A stretch of DNA of 64,000 bases from Ascidiella aspersa (taxonomy: Eukaryota): positions 27,218,001 through 27,282,000 of the forward strand of contig OZ004611.1 of the NCBI GenBank assembly GCA_963924565.1, read 5' to 3'. Below the pieces are notes generated by a model that had not been told where the DNA came from, did no database searches, and worked only from the letters and a program-made list of their open reading frames with translations. Within the stretch, counting starts at the first letter, position 1. Each line of letters opens with the position of its first letter. Below are positions 1 to 10,910 of this stretch, one piece after another. The translations under genes were made by a program, and so were the position numbers.

Positions 1-374
1 GATTTTTTTGTATATTTAAATGTTTTGTCAGTTTATTAGGCAGAGCACAATGCAATAGTCCGCCCAAAATTTTTGCGGCATTTTTTCCTTTTTTTTAGAT
101 TTGGAAAAAAATGGCACTAAATTATTATATGCTTACAGTCACTTCTAATACACGAATAACTAAACTATGCGCTTTGAACACCGAATTCGACACTGCGTGT
201 AGCGCAGTGTGTAGAGATCCACGACAGCGCCTATTTTTTGCACTAAGCATCATTTATAGCCTTCCCCCATTCTTGAAAAAAACGTCGCACAAAATTGGTC
301 AGGTTGAAGTCGTGGTAATATATTGACAGATACACTCTACGCCATGACTAATATACTGTTATGGCTCGATACAG

Positions 375-3300
375 GCAACCCCTATGTGAACATGGAAGGC
401 TACCCGATCCTCTACCAGCCCAATGCGATCGGTGTTCCTACCTACCAAGCACGCACCATACCCGTACAATACCAGCAGATTCCCGCCTACACCATGGCCC
501 ACCAAAACCTCATGCCTTACGGCGTTACGGCACACGCAACTGCAAAACAGAGTAAGCCATTTTTGTGCTTAAAATTTTGTATAATTATTTTTGTTCGAAT
601 AAGTAACACGAATGAGAGATTTATGTGAATAGCAGTGGATTTGTTTTAAAAACCCTTTTTTCATATGTTTAATGGGTGCAATAATATTTGTTACCGATTT
701 AAATACATTTAAGCAATATTAGTCGTTTTATTGAAATAGTTTTGTATAGTAAGAGATTAAGAGAAAATAGAATTTGCTTCTCATTAGAGTGGTATTTTTA
801 AGGTAATCGGCCTGTCGCTAATTTGTTTTAAACATTAAATTTCACGAAAACAAATACAGTTTTTCACCAAAAGAGCGATTTCTATATGTAGTACGACAAA
901 ATTGTCGTTACTAAGATTTTTACTTAATGAATTATGTTTTATGATTGCCAAAATAAAATCTTTTATTCCTCAAATATTTTTAGACACCGCTGACGTCGTG
1001 AACCCTCAAAATCAACCACTGGATGGCAGTAACGCACAGGTGCGTATAGAGATTTTTTGGGCACATTGCCTTAATTAGATTAATTGTATTGAAATGATTT
1101 GAATTGAGACCGTTAAAAGCGGCTGGTTTGTTGTATACATTGATTTGGAATCTGGGATTCGTCAAAGATAAAAAATATTCAAATTTTAATGTAAACTTGG
1201 GGGAAGACGCTTTAGGAAGTTTCCCGATTAAGTATTACTGTTGGTTTGCAGTAGAGACAGCATACGATAAAAATTACAGCCGCTGGGGTTTCACCAGACA
1301 GCATATGTTATTATTGGCTCACAGCCAGTCAAGTTTGCTATAAAAAAACGCTGGCAGGAAACCTTGATTATGGCGTTATTGAAATTTCACAGCTTAATAC
1401 AGTGGTTCTAAAATCTAAACCTTTTATGGTTTGCGACATCCCTCAGAAATAATAAATAGATTGCGGCACCCTTAAAAGATTTTTCCGTAGGTAAATCACT
1501 AGAATGTCACTATAAACGAAACTGGAACAACACACACCAACTCCACACGACGTAGAAAGTTTTAAGTTTTGAATTTATTCCATTGTAATCTTTCACGAAA
1601 AGTTGTAAGAGTTGAGAGAAAATCACATTCCTAAAGATTTACAAATATCTCTCGGCACCCGAGCTTTAGAAATCGAACGCGGCACCCCGGTTGAGAACCA
1701 CCGGCTTAATGGCCTGAAACACTGCAGCGTAATTCAACATAAGTTTTTCTTTTGCGTAATTAGGTGGGTGTAGCCCCTTCTGAAGGCAGTGTGTCGAACA
1801 GTGGCGCCAGCACTCCCCTGCATATGTACCAGTCGGCCCTCTACCACCCCCAGCACTACCAGCAAGCCCCCGTTCACCTTGTCTACTACCCAACGCCGCC
1901 GCTGCAACAGGTGACTGGTTTTGTCCTGTACAATCTAAATTTGTATATTTGAAACTGTGATCTGTTGCCCGATTTTTGTGGTGTTTTTACGAAACGGTGA
2001 TACACGAAAAGTCTAATTTTGTGTTTAATTTCAGACATTTTGCCTGGATTTTGCTAACCATGCGTTTTGTCCCCGGAAATTGACTATTTAATTAAGCACT
2101 GTTTAGTGTTGGGATTGAGAAATTTATTCAATAAAATGCGATGTAACTAGCTCCGTTGTTTGGCCTTCTATTTAAACGCATTGAATTTATAGATATTCCA
2201 CATTTGATTTTTACTGTCGAATTATTTTTACAGCCTCATTTTACGATGGTTCGAAAGGTTTTACTGAAACCTTTTCGCCATCTATGCTGTTATAGTCTTA
2301 AAAACAGAGAAATGAACCTACTTCCCATTATATCTGCTCTGTACGCAATCAACTTGTTTTTATATTGCAGAGCCCCCGTCCTTTGCCGGTCAACAAAGCG
2401 CATCCTCCTCCACCTGACGTCATCAACCCAAGCGGTGACGTCACTAACCAGATGCAAGGCCTTGCCGTCGCAGAGACGGTGAGTCGTGTTTCGTAGTTGT
2501 CTCAAGGAATTCATTCTTGTTTTTACCAAAGCTGTTTTAATAAAAATCTATAATTTTTTGATCAGTAAACGGAGAGATAGTGAAATTTATTTACTTGATA
2601 AACCCATAAGCGTAATATTAACTAAAATGATCACGTGTTTTACGATGTTAATCTATTAATTATTTACTCCCAAAGTTAATAGCCCAATGTTTTGTCTTTT
2701 TTTTTTTGCTTATGTTTTAAGTTTTAATCTATTAAGAGAGTTAACGGATTATTAAAGAAGGTCAAAATTTAGAGAAATCCCTAGACCAGGGGCACGAAAG
2801 GGCACGAAACGGTAGTTAAGCGGGCAGAAGATTAGCCAGTTGAACTATAATGTGAGCTTTTCATTAACCTTGTGACATATCATGACGCAATTTTGCCAAA
2901 CGTGAGCCTTGGGGTCGACAAAGTTGTGAGAACCCATTAAAGAAGTCAGCTACCCATGCAAGGTTGACAAACACTGCTGTAGACCCTATCGATATGGATT
3001 AAAATGGAATGTAGCCAGTTATGAGATTTGCAAACTAGCTCGTAATGAAATGCGTTTCTTTTTACAGACCGTAACCTCAACCACTACTGAAAAGAGCTCA
3101 GAAGATTCTTCGGACAAGCTGGTTGACGACGATGAAAATGTTGCAAACCAGAATAAGGTATTCGATTCCCTAATTTGCCTTTTATGTGTCTCCACATCCC
3201 TTTATTTACTCCTATTCTATCATGCGTTTAAGACAAAGCATAAAAGGACAATGCAATTTGATAAGCAAATTTTTAATAGGGAGATTCAAAAAACTGCATA

Positions 3301-6300
3301 AGGTGTTGGAGCATGGAGTTATTAGTTGCAGCAAATGTGCAAAAAAAATAAAAATTGTTGTAGCACAAAGACAAGTCCGTTATCTAGTTGAGCTTTACTA
3401 AAAAACAAAATTACTTCAAAGGCTTTTTTAAGCGATTGTGACAAGTCGTCAAAAAAAAATCTTAAATTAATGTGGTATTCAACAAAGCAGTGCAAAAAAA
3501 CGAGTGTATATTTGGTTCTATAAAGCAAATAAGTCAGCGAATCTTATAAAAAACTTCGGAAACCTTTGTCATGTTTAGTGGTACTAATTAAAATTGTGTA
3601 TTTTTTTAGATCCAGCAATCGCCTAGTAAAAACGAAAGTCCAACGTCGGAAGGTATGATATTCGTAAATTATTTTCATTTTTTAGACCCCACTTAGATGG
3701 CCTTGAATGACATCTAGCTAGTGACATCATAGTCGACCAATTGTAATCCAATAATATAACTTCATGTGAATTTTAACTTTTTTCCAAATTTGAATCGACG
3801 TCAATTCCTCCTGTTTTAATCTGAAACAAAGCCGACAATAAAATAAAGTTTATAAACAAAACAAAATGAAACACCATAAATTAACAAGTCGCGTAGTTTT
3901 CACTCTCTAAATAGTGTTTGTTGTCGTCATTTTTTCATGCTTCGGGAGCCTACTGTCGCTTTTAGCTTCCCTGGAAGTTAAAACAAGCGTTTAAAAAAAA
4001 TTAAAAAAAAAGATAAAGAGGTATTTTAGTAGACCAGTAAGGTCAACTTGGCACACGAATGCCATCATTTGCATATGTTTAATTTTGTAAGGCTATAATC
4101 AAACCTATTTTGTATTTCAGCTGCAGCCAAGCCATCGCCTCAGCCTGTCAACTCACCTGAAGAACGAGCGGTAATTACGTTTTGAACTTTATTCATATAT
4201 GCTCTACTTGAAGCACACTGTTTTAGCGACGCGTATATTTGCGTGAGAGTTTAAAAAGCTGTTGATTCACTTTTAACAATTAAAATGAATATCAGCATAT
4301 AAATATCAAAGCCCATACAAATGTAGGTGTACCCACTACATTCGCATTCATATATGTTCGAAATAATTTATAGCAAAAATAGCAAAACCGTTGTTTTATA
4401 CAAGCCTCAAAAATATGTGTCTTTGTAAATCGCCGTATTTGCCTAATTCTAATTCTTAATAGGGTAATCAGGTGGCACAATATAAAGGCAAATTGTTTTC
4501 TATTCTCGACAATTGGTCGCACTACCGTACTTTACAGATCAAAGTAGAAATCCCTTTTCAATCGATGCAATTTTGTCTTTATACAGTGCCACTTGATTAC
4601 CCAAAATATGTCGTTTCTAATCCGCAAATTTGGTTCTCTTTATTTACCCTGTCCTCTTTGATTGCAGGCAAGATCAGACGCTGGGACTCTTCCACTCTCC
4701 AACGACAACTCGCCACGATTCTACAATTCGCGCCACAGTGAGTTCAAGCCCCGTGTTTCCACTTATACTTTTGGGTTGTAAACTTAAAAAAAAATATTTA
4801 ATATCTGTATCTCACGGATTGTTACTTAAAAAACATCATGCCGCTAATTTTAGCAATTTTCATTTTTGACATCGACACTTGTCTGACACAAGGGTTGTAT
4901 AGGTGGCTGTCCTAAACTTTATCGAAACATTACTTAATCATAGCACTGCCGATATTTCAGGCGAAATATATCCCGATTCGATACTAAATCATCTCAGTAT
5001 ACCAAGGTTATATTACTAAGGTTAAAAAAGTTTTTTTAGGGCTTTTTTATTTCGAAACATTTTTTTATTATTTTTTGCAAAAAAGAAATCGGCCGTCTGC
5101 TCCGATACCAAATGACTCCATTACTATGCTCAACCAAGATTTGATTCAGTGTTACAGAGCTCAGTTCTACTTTCGCATGTCATTAGTGTTCCTAAATATT
5201 TTCTTTTTTCCCCTCAGTTGCTGCAAACGTCGTCTCTACTGTTCACACCGGTCCCGGTAGCGTCACGTACTACACTACCCAGCCCCAATCCCACGACCCC
5301 AACTTCCCCAAACACCCCCCTGTGCTACCTGGGGTCCACCCCGGGGTCACAGGCCACCCTATCATGCCCCCATCGCACCCATTCATGGCCCAGGCCCCCG
5401 TGTATCCTGGCGCCGGGGTCTTAAGGCCCCCTATGGGTGAGGATTTGCCGTCTCAGGCCTCGCCCGTTCAACAGGCAAACGAATACTACATGCACCAAGG
5501 TAAACTTTTTTGTTACAGTCTGATTTCTGGTTGCTTAAGGTTTGGGTTAATGGGAGTCCAGGTTGGGTCTGTTAAAAAATAAATGTGTGTGCACTTGCCA
5601 TACTTTTCACAGTGGTATATGGTGAAATATGTGTGTGTGTGTGTGTGTGATTCGGGGGTAGAATCACATCATTTATATATGAATTGCAGTAATTTAATTG
5701 TTTTTGTTTAGAACTTGAAGTGCTTACTTTGGTCGTTTATAGTTTGCAATCAAACAAACTGTTATATTGATAAGTGAATGAATGAATGAAAGACACACAA
5801 ACATATGTGTTTAATAACATCTGTGATCTAGCCCCTCCAACGATTACGGCTTCCGTATCAATAGTAATCGTTGGTCATAAAGCAACTTCCGAGGATGCTA
5901 TTCACAGATGCTATTAAACACATATGTTTGTGTGTCTTTCATTGATTGATACGGACTGATGATCCCCCTGTGTGAAGTTGCTTCTCCTAACAAAATGTGC
6001 AATTATTGGCGCATGGTGGTTTCTCGACTCGCTCCTCTCTTAGCCTGCATAGCTCAGTTGATAGAGCGACGGTCCCGGCTTGACCGGAGGTCGTGAGTTC
6101 GAACCTCACTGCAGGCCAGTTGTTTTTCTGGCTTGCTCTGCTTGCATCATAGATCGACAGATTCGGCGACTCTGCGATGGCTTTTCGGTGTATTATGTTG
6201 ATCCGATGCTATGTGGTAGTATCCGTACTCGTCCGATGCTAGGTTGGTATATGCGCCGATTCAATACCAGCTAATATAGAAGTTTTAGACGTGATATTAG

Positions 6301-9300
6301 ATCCAAGGCAGCGATTCGGCCTATACATGTAAATTTATTTTAAAAAGGTAAGTTAACAACTGAAATTTTAGCTTACTAACATGGTAATAAAATCCCTCTT
6401 AAAAGTTTTAATTTTTTTTGTTTTGCTTACTTGATAACAGTAATAATGTCATAAGTAGCTGACATCCCTAATTGAAGATAGCAATTCAAGTTAGTAAAAG
6501 AGGTTTAGACGAAATTAAAACGTTCATAAGTTAATTGGCCAAATTTCCTTTATCGCCAACAAGTTTGTTCCCTACTTTTTTAAAGAATTTAGATTTAGGG
6601 TATAACCGCTGTGTTAGATGTTAAACCATAGCTTGAATCCCTGTGTTTATTTGATATCATATCGGCGCTAGTACTTCCTTAGTATTACAGGACATCCGTA
6701 TTCCCTAGATCAGTGGTTCTCAAACTTTTGTTAAAAAAATTACGCAACGGTCCCCCCAGCAACTTTTTAATTGCTCACGGTCCTTAAAAATATACACAAA
6801 TAAACTCAAAATAACGCGTTGTTTTTAATTGTATCAATGGGACGGGTGCACTTGCTTCTTTGCTATCAGTTATGTTAACCTCTAATTAACGAATCAATTT
6901 ATTTGAGTCTAGCAATAACGAACAGTTTTAAAACCGTGGCCGTATAGCCCACATTGCCAGCGCAGCAAGCTGTAAAAACGTAATTCTCACTAGCACAACG
7001 CAACACTATGACGTCACAATGGACAATTTAACTTGAGCGTGCAATAACGTAAATGGACAACTAATGAGCTTAGTTTGGAAAATAAAAGTAAGTTGCCTGA
7101 AAATTTTATTGCCCAAAAAATTATGTTCTTTAGGAGAGTCGTGTTGATTTTTTTGTTAGGTGCTTCGCGGTCCCAGAAAATTGTCTCGCGGACCCCAAAA
7201 GGACCGCGGACCCCAGTTTGAGAACCACTGCCCTAGATCAACTTGGCTTCAAGACTACATTAGCATACCGGAAACGCTTAAAATTTTAATATCCTGGCCC
7301 GCTCACTAACTCAGAAACCGTAATGTCTTACTGAATTATTGATTCGTTTCTCGTTGAGGGAAATGAGCCTAGCTAATCAATATGAAAATGTGTTGAACTC
7401 TATTTTTGCACGGCATCACAACTTAAATATAATTCAAAACGATCCTCCATGCTTAAATCATACCAGAGAAAAATACGATTCGCGGGCCGGACGAAATTTA
7501 TTTATGCATTTGTGCTTTAACCGAATGTATCCGTCTTTGAAGAATGATTAAAACCATGTATAGCGGCCCTCTTTAAATCGCATTTCATCTCAAATCGAAT
7601 TTTTTAACCTAATCTAGTCAGATTGTGTGTGTTTGAAATCTTTTTGTCACGGTCTGCCACAACATTTATGTTGTTCATGTGGTCGGCTGTAAGAATAACA
7701 ACCCACCACCTCTGTTTTGAATATTACTTTTACCAGGATTGAAAATTTAGCCATTTTAAGTTGACGTAAAATAAAGTCTAGCAACTGTTATGGTTTCTCA
7801 AATGGTTAGATCGAAACTGAATATTTTTTATTATTATTATGGATATTAAACATGTTTCTATTGGTGCGCATTTCTGGTTAATTCTATTGGTGTGTATTTC
7901 TTCGAAATTTTACCACCAGGTTAACGCAGACGCATATTCAATCTTTTCGGGTGGCTTTAAAAACTAATAACACTGCTTTGTAATAACAAAAAAACAACGT
8001 ATTCTGTACACATTGCAGGTACACCTGGCCTTAACTTCAATTACATGGCAAGTCCATCTCCTCAACCGATGTATTACGTACTACCAAACTCAAACGGCGG
8101 CCTTCAGCAGTATCAGGTATGTTACCTGTCCTGTATATCTTTCCGTTTAACCTGGGTAGTTTTTCGTCTTGTTAATATTCAGAACAGATATTACGTTGAC
8201 AGTAATAATCACCATATAGACTTGAGTTGTTTAGACATAGGGATTGGGATGGATTTCAGCGTTTTAAAATGTTTGTTTCAATAAAAGTGCAAAACTTACA
8301 CGTGAGAACAATTCAGCGGTTGCTATTTGTTTTATTTTTATTAGTTGCAATGTGATGATATTAAGTTTAGTAGTTAGTCATTTTCAATACTCAACATCTT
8401 AACCATGGCAATAACTTGACTGGGACTTTATAATGACTTATGCACCGCATAATTTTAGAACCTAAACGCATATAAGTATGTAACGATCTGTGTAGCCCAC
8501 GATACTACTACATTCTTCAGCCATTGTGACATCATAATTGCATACTGTGTTAGTGGAATGTTACCGCTTCTGTATAACTTTAAAATAAGTCAACTATTTA
8601 TAGTCAATATGGCGTCAATAAGGAAATTATTTTAGTTGAATGTGCAAACAATGTACTATGCCAGCTTCTTAACGTTTTTCCTTGTTGCACCCCTTTCAAA
8701 TCACCAAACAACTCTCGTACCCCCTTCTAGAATTGCTTAAATAACGAAACTATTGTTATTTTATTTTTATACGAGTTACTGATAACACAGTAACACATAC
8801 CAAATTGTGAGTTAGTTTTACATTTACCCGAGCAAAGACATGAATAGCAGTACAACATTTTCTGTACCTGATTCAGCATCGCGGCACCCCCCAGGAACAG
8901 TTCACGTATCCTGGTGAAGAATCCTTGCACTATACTGTTGTATTGATTATATCATAATCATAGTTATTATCGTGTCATTAGGGAAATAGTTTAGATGAAA
9001 GGTGCAAACAATGTACTATACCAGTGGTTCTCAACCGGGGCGTCGCGGCGCCCTGGGTGTGCCATTTCTAATGCTCAAGGGTGCCAATAGGTAATTTGAA
9101 AGATTTTAAGAATCTGATTTTTGCTCTCTCGGTAAGCTTCTTGATACAACTGTTTCTGCACGATTAGAGACCAGTATATCAAATAACATTTTCCTGCATT
9201 TTTTGGGTTAATGGTGTTGTTTCAGTTCCATTTGTCAACGAAAATTCCAGTCGGGATGCCGCAAATCTATTTATTATTTTTTTTAGGGATGCCTTAAGAG

Positions 9301-10910
9301 AATCACTATACTGTTACTGTTGTATTGATTATATAGTAATTATGGCGTCATTAAGGAAATTGTTGAAATAGAACGTGCAAACAATACACCTGTTGTATTG
9401 ATTTAAACATGATTTCCTTATCTACCCACAGGCCCTACCCGCCAATCAGTTTCACCATAACCCTGGGGCCGGGCAACAATTTCACCCCACCCTCGTTTAC
9501 TCACCCATGCCCCACGGTTACGTGAACCCACAGCTGCCCATGCAGTCCCCGCCTTACCCCTACCCCGGCGACGGGATAAGTGGGGGATTTCACCCCGCGA
9601 TGGTTACCCCTGTGACGAGTAAGTCGGCTGACCCAGTTGCGACGAACGAAGGTAACATAATAACATAACTTTGTTTTTTTCGCTTAATTTTGTTTTTTGC
9701 AATGCTTTGCAGTATTTTTAGCTTATGAAATTTCCGGTATTTAATATTACAAAAATATTATTAAGTTAGTTTTGTGTGAAAATGTCGCCCCTATGTTCCA
9801 ACAGTTTTTAAGTCAAAACCATACCGGCGAGTAAATCGACATTAGCTTAAAAAAGACGTTTCGATATTCAGTTATATCGTCAATAGTTAAATTAAGTGTG
9901 TATCAAAACGTTTATTTTTATGTATTTACTCGACCTATACTTGGCTTTGACATTTATTTTAAAACCACACGACAGATCATTGCATAGCGTGCCTAAAATC
10001 ACTTATGTTTTACGAATTTCTGTAGTTTTGCTTATGTGTTATATTTTTTGTTAGTAAATTTTTTTTTAGTTTTTTTTTTTAATTAAAGTAAAACAACTCA
10101 CCAAGCCGCACTCTGTATTTGTGTATACTTTATGTCTATGTGGTCAAATGTTTTTTACCAACCGGTGGACTATGACGTCTAGGTGAGAATGACGTCACCG
10201 ATGACCTTTGTCCCGTGCTGGTGACGCACCTAAAGGGCGGCGACATTGCGTCACCGGCGCTCAATTCGTTCGCTGCACGTCACGGCGCTAAGATTGTGCA
10301 ATTCCAATCCAACGACAACGCAACAGGTACAATTTTTTTGAAATGTTTTTTTTTAGTCAATCAAAAACTCATGGCACGCAGTTGTAAGCTAGTTTTTCTT
10401 AAAATGTTTTGTGATATTGGACTTTTTTCAATACTTACTCGCAATGTAACAAACTAGCTGACAGGCAGCGATGAAAAAAAATTATTTCTATAGTTGCTCA
10501 ATTTTTACCAAACGTTTAGACTAAAAAAAATCTCGACTTTGCAGAATAATTTAGCTTAGTTAAAAAACATGTATTTTATTTTCTTCGGCGTCAACATTAA
10601 ACCGGCGAGTGATTTTCACCTTTTGAGCTGCTTTTAAGGTTTAACAAGTATTTTTTCATTAGATTCGCCTCACTCCGATGTCTACCTTCTCTTTACTTCA
10701 CACAAACTCGGTTCCGAAGCAATCAAGCAGAACGAGCTGAGCGCTGCTGCTGGTGACGCCGAATCACCAAAGCGCGACGCCGCTTCCGGTTTCCAGCTTT
10801 CTCACGTGCACGACGCCACCCAGCGGCGAGAAATCGTCGCGCAAATTCGCGCCGCCGATTCTCAGCTGCGGGAAAGCACCGCCAACGTTTCCTCGTCCAC
10901 CTCCGTCTGA
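375..10910 (+). CDS. R3HDM: R3H domain-containing protein (R3HDM1/R3HDM2/ARPP21, encore family), 3' partial, 13 exons, ~577 aa in window
   Basis: Phase-consistent GT-AG exon chain: 375-551, 984-1039, 1764-1910, 2371-2478, 3068-3157, 3610-3652, 4121-4170, 4668-4737, 5218-5499, 8019-8116, 9432-9651, 10183-10326, 10663-10910 (TGA at 10908-10910). GNPYVNMEGYPILYQP resembles the R3HDM GQPFxNPDGxPxxYNP motif. A long P/Q/Y/H-rich low-complexity region follows. The C-terminal VLVTHL...HGAKIVQF...VYLLF...FQL segment resembles the RRM-like tail of R3HDM1/2 (VLEVTDL...GAKIQWL). The R3H/SUZ domains would lie upstream of the window. Family call is from recalled motifs. Confidence 0.8.
1400..1703. mobile_element. 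hAT MITE (~300-bp family A)
   Basis: Ends CAGTGGTTCT...AGAACCACCG. TSD GCTTAATA/GCTTAATG. GCGGCACCC subterminal motifs. Reverse-complement similarity to the copies at 9022 and 14916. Confidence 0.85.
2787..2976. mobile_element. Degenerate hAT MITE
   Basis: Ends CAGGGGCACGAA...TTGACAAACACTG, flanked by CCCTAGAC/CTGTAGAC (6/8 TSD). Confidence 0.55.
5630..5649. repeat. (TG)10 microsatellite
   Basis: Read directly from the sequence. Confidence 0.9.
5783..5945. repeat. Long inverted repeat (hairpin) with nested inner hairpin
   Basis: gaaagacacacaaacatatgtgtttaataacatctgtga (5788-5826) pairs with tcacagatgctattaaacacatatgtttgtgtgtctttc (5902-5940), one mismatch. Inner stem ccaacgattac/gtaatcgttgg. 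Confidence 0.9.
6043..6117 (+). ncRNA. tRNA-like element (tRNA-Met(e)-like body, non-canonical anticodon arm); tRNA pseudogene or SINE-type Pol III head
   Basis: Acceptor stem GCCTGCA/TGCAGGC 7/7 paired. D arm GCTC-AGTTGATA-GAGC. T arm GTGAG-TTCGAAC-CTCAC. A and B boxes present, TTTTT at 6123-6127. The anticodon loop is CCCGGCTTG (9 nt), with no U33 or purine 37, so it is unlikely to decode. Confidence 0.7.
6711..7230. mobile_element. Non-autonomous hAT element (MITE), 520 bp
   Basis: Perfect 16-bp TIR CAGTGGTTCTCAAACT. Perfect 8-bp TSD CCCTAGAT at 6703-6710 and 7231-7238. Subterminal GCGGACCCC/GCGGTCCC motifs. Confidence 0.93.
8662..8927. mobile_element. Degenerate hAT MITE
   Basis: Decayed CAG...TTG ends, GCGGCACCCC subterminal motif, TSD TACTATGC/CACTATAC. 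Confidence 0.55.
9022..9308. mobile_element. hAT MITE (family A, reverse orientation relative to the 1400 copy)
   Basis: Left TIR CAGTGGTTCTCAACCGGGG follows TACTATAC. Right end GAGAATCACT is truncated. The body is similar to 14916-15214. Confidence 0.8.

Noticed and set aside
5950-5985. CTGATGA as a hammerhead core within the structured cassette
   Set aside because: Stem I- and stem III-like pairings can be drawn, but stem II (tccccctgtgt) cannot form and GAAA/UH is replaced by GAAG/CU. Not a valid hammerhead.
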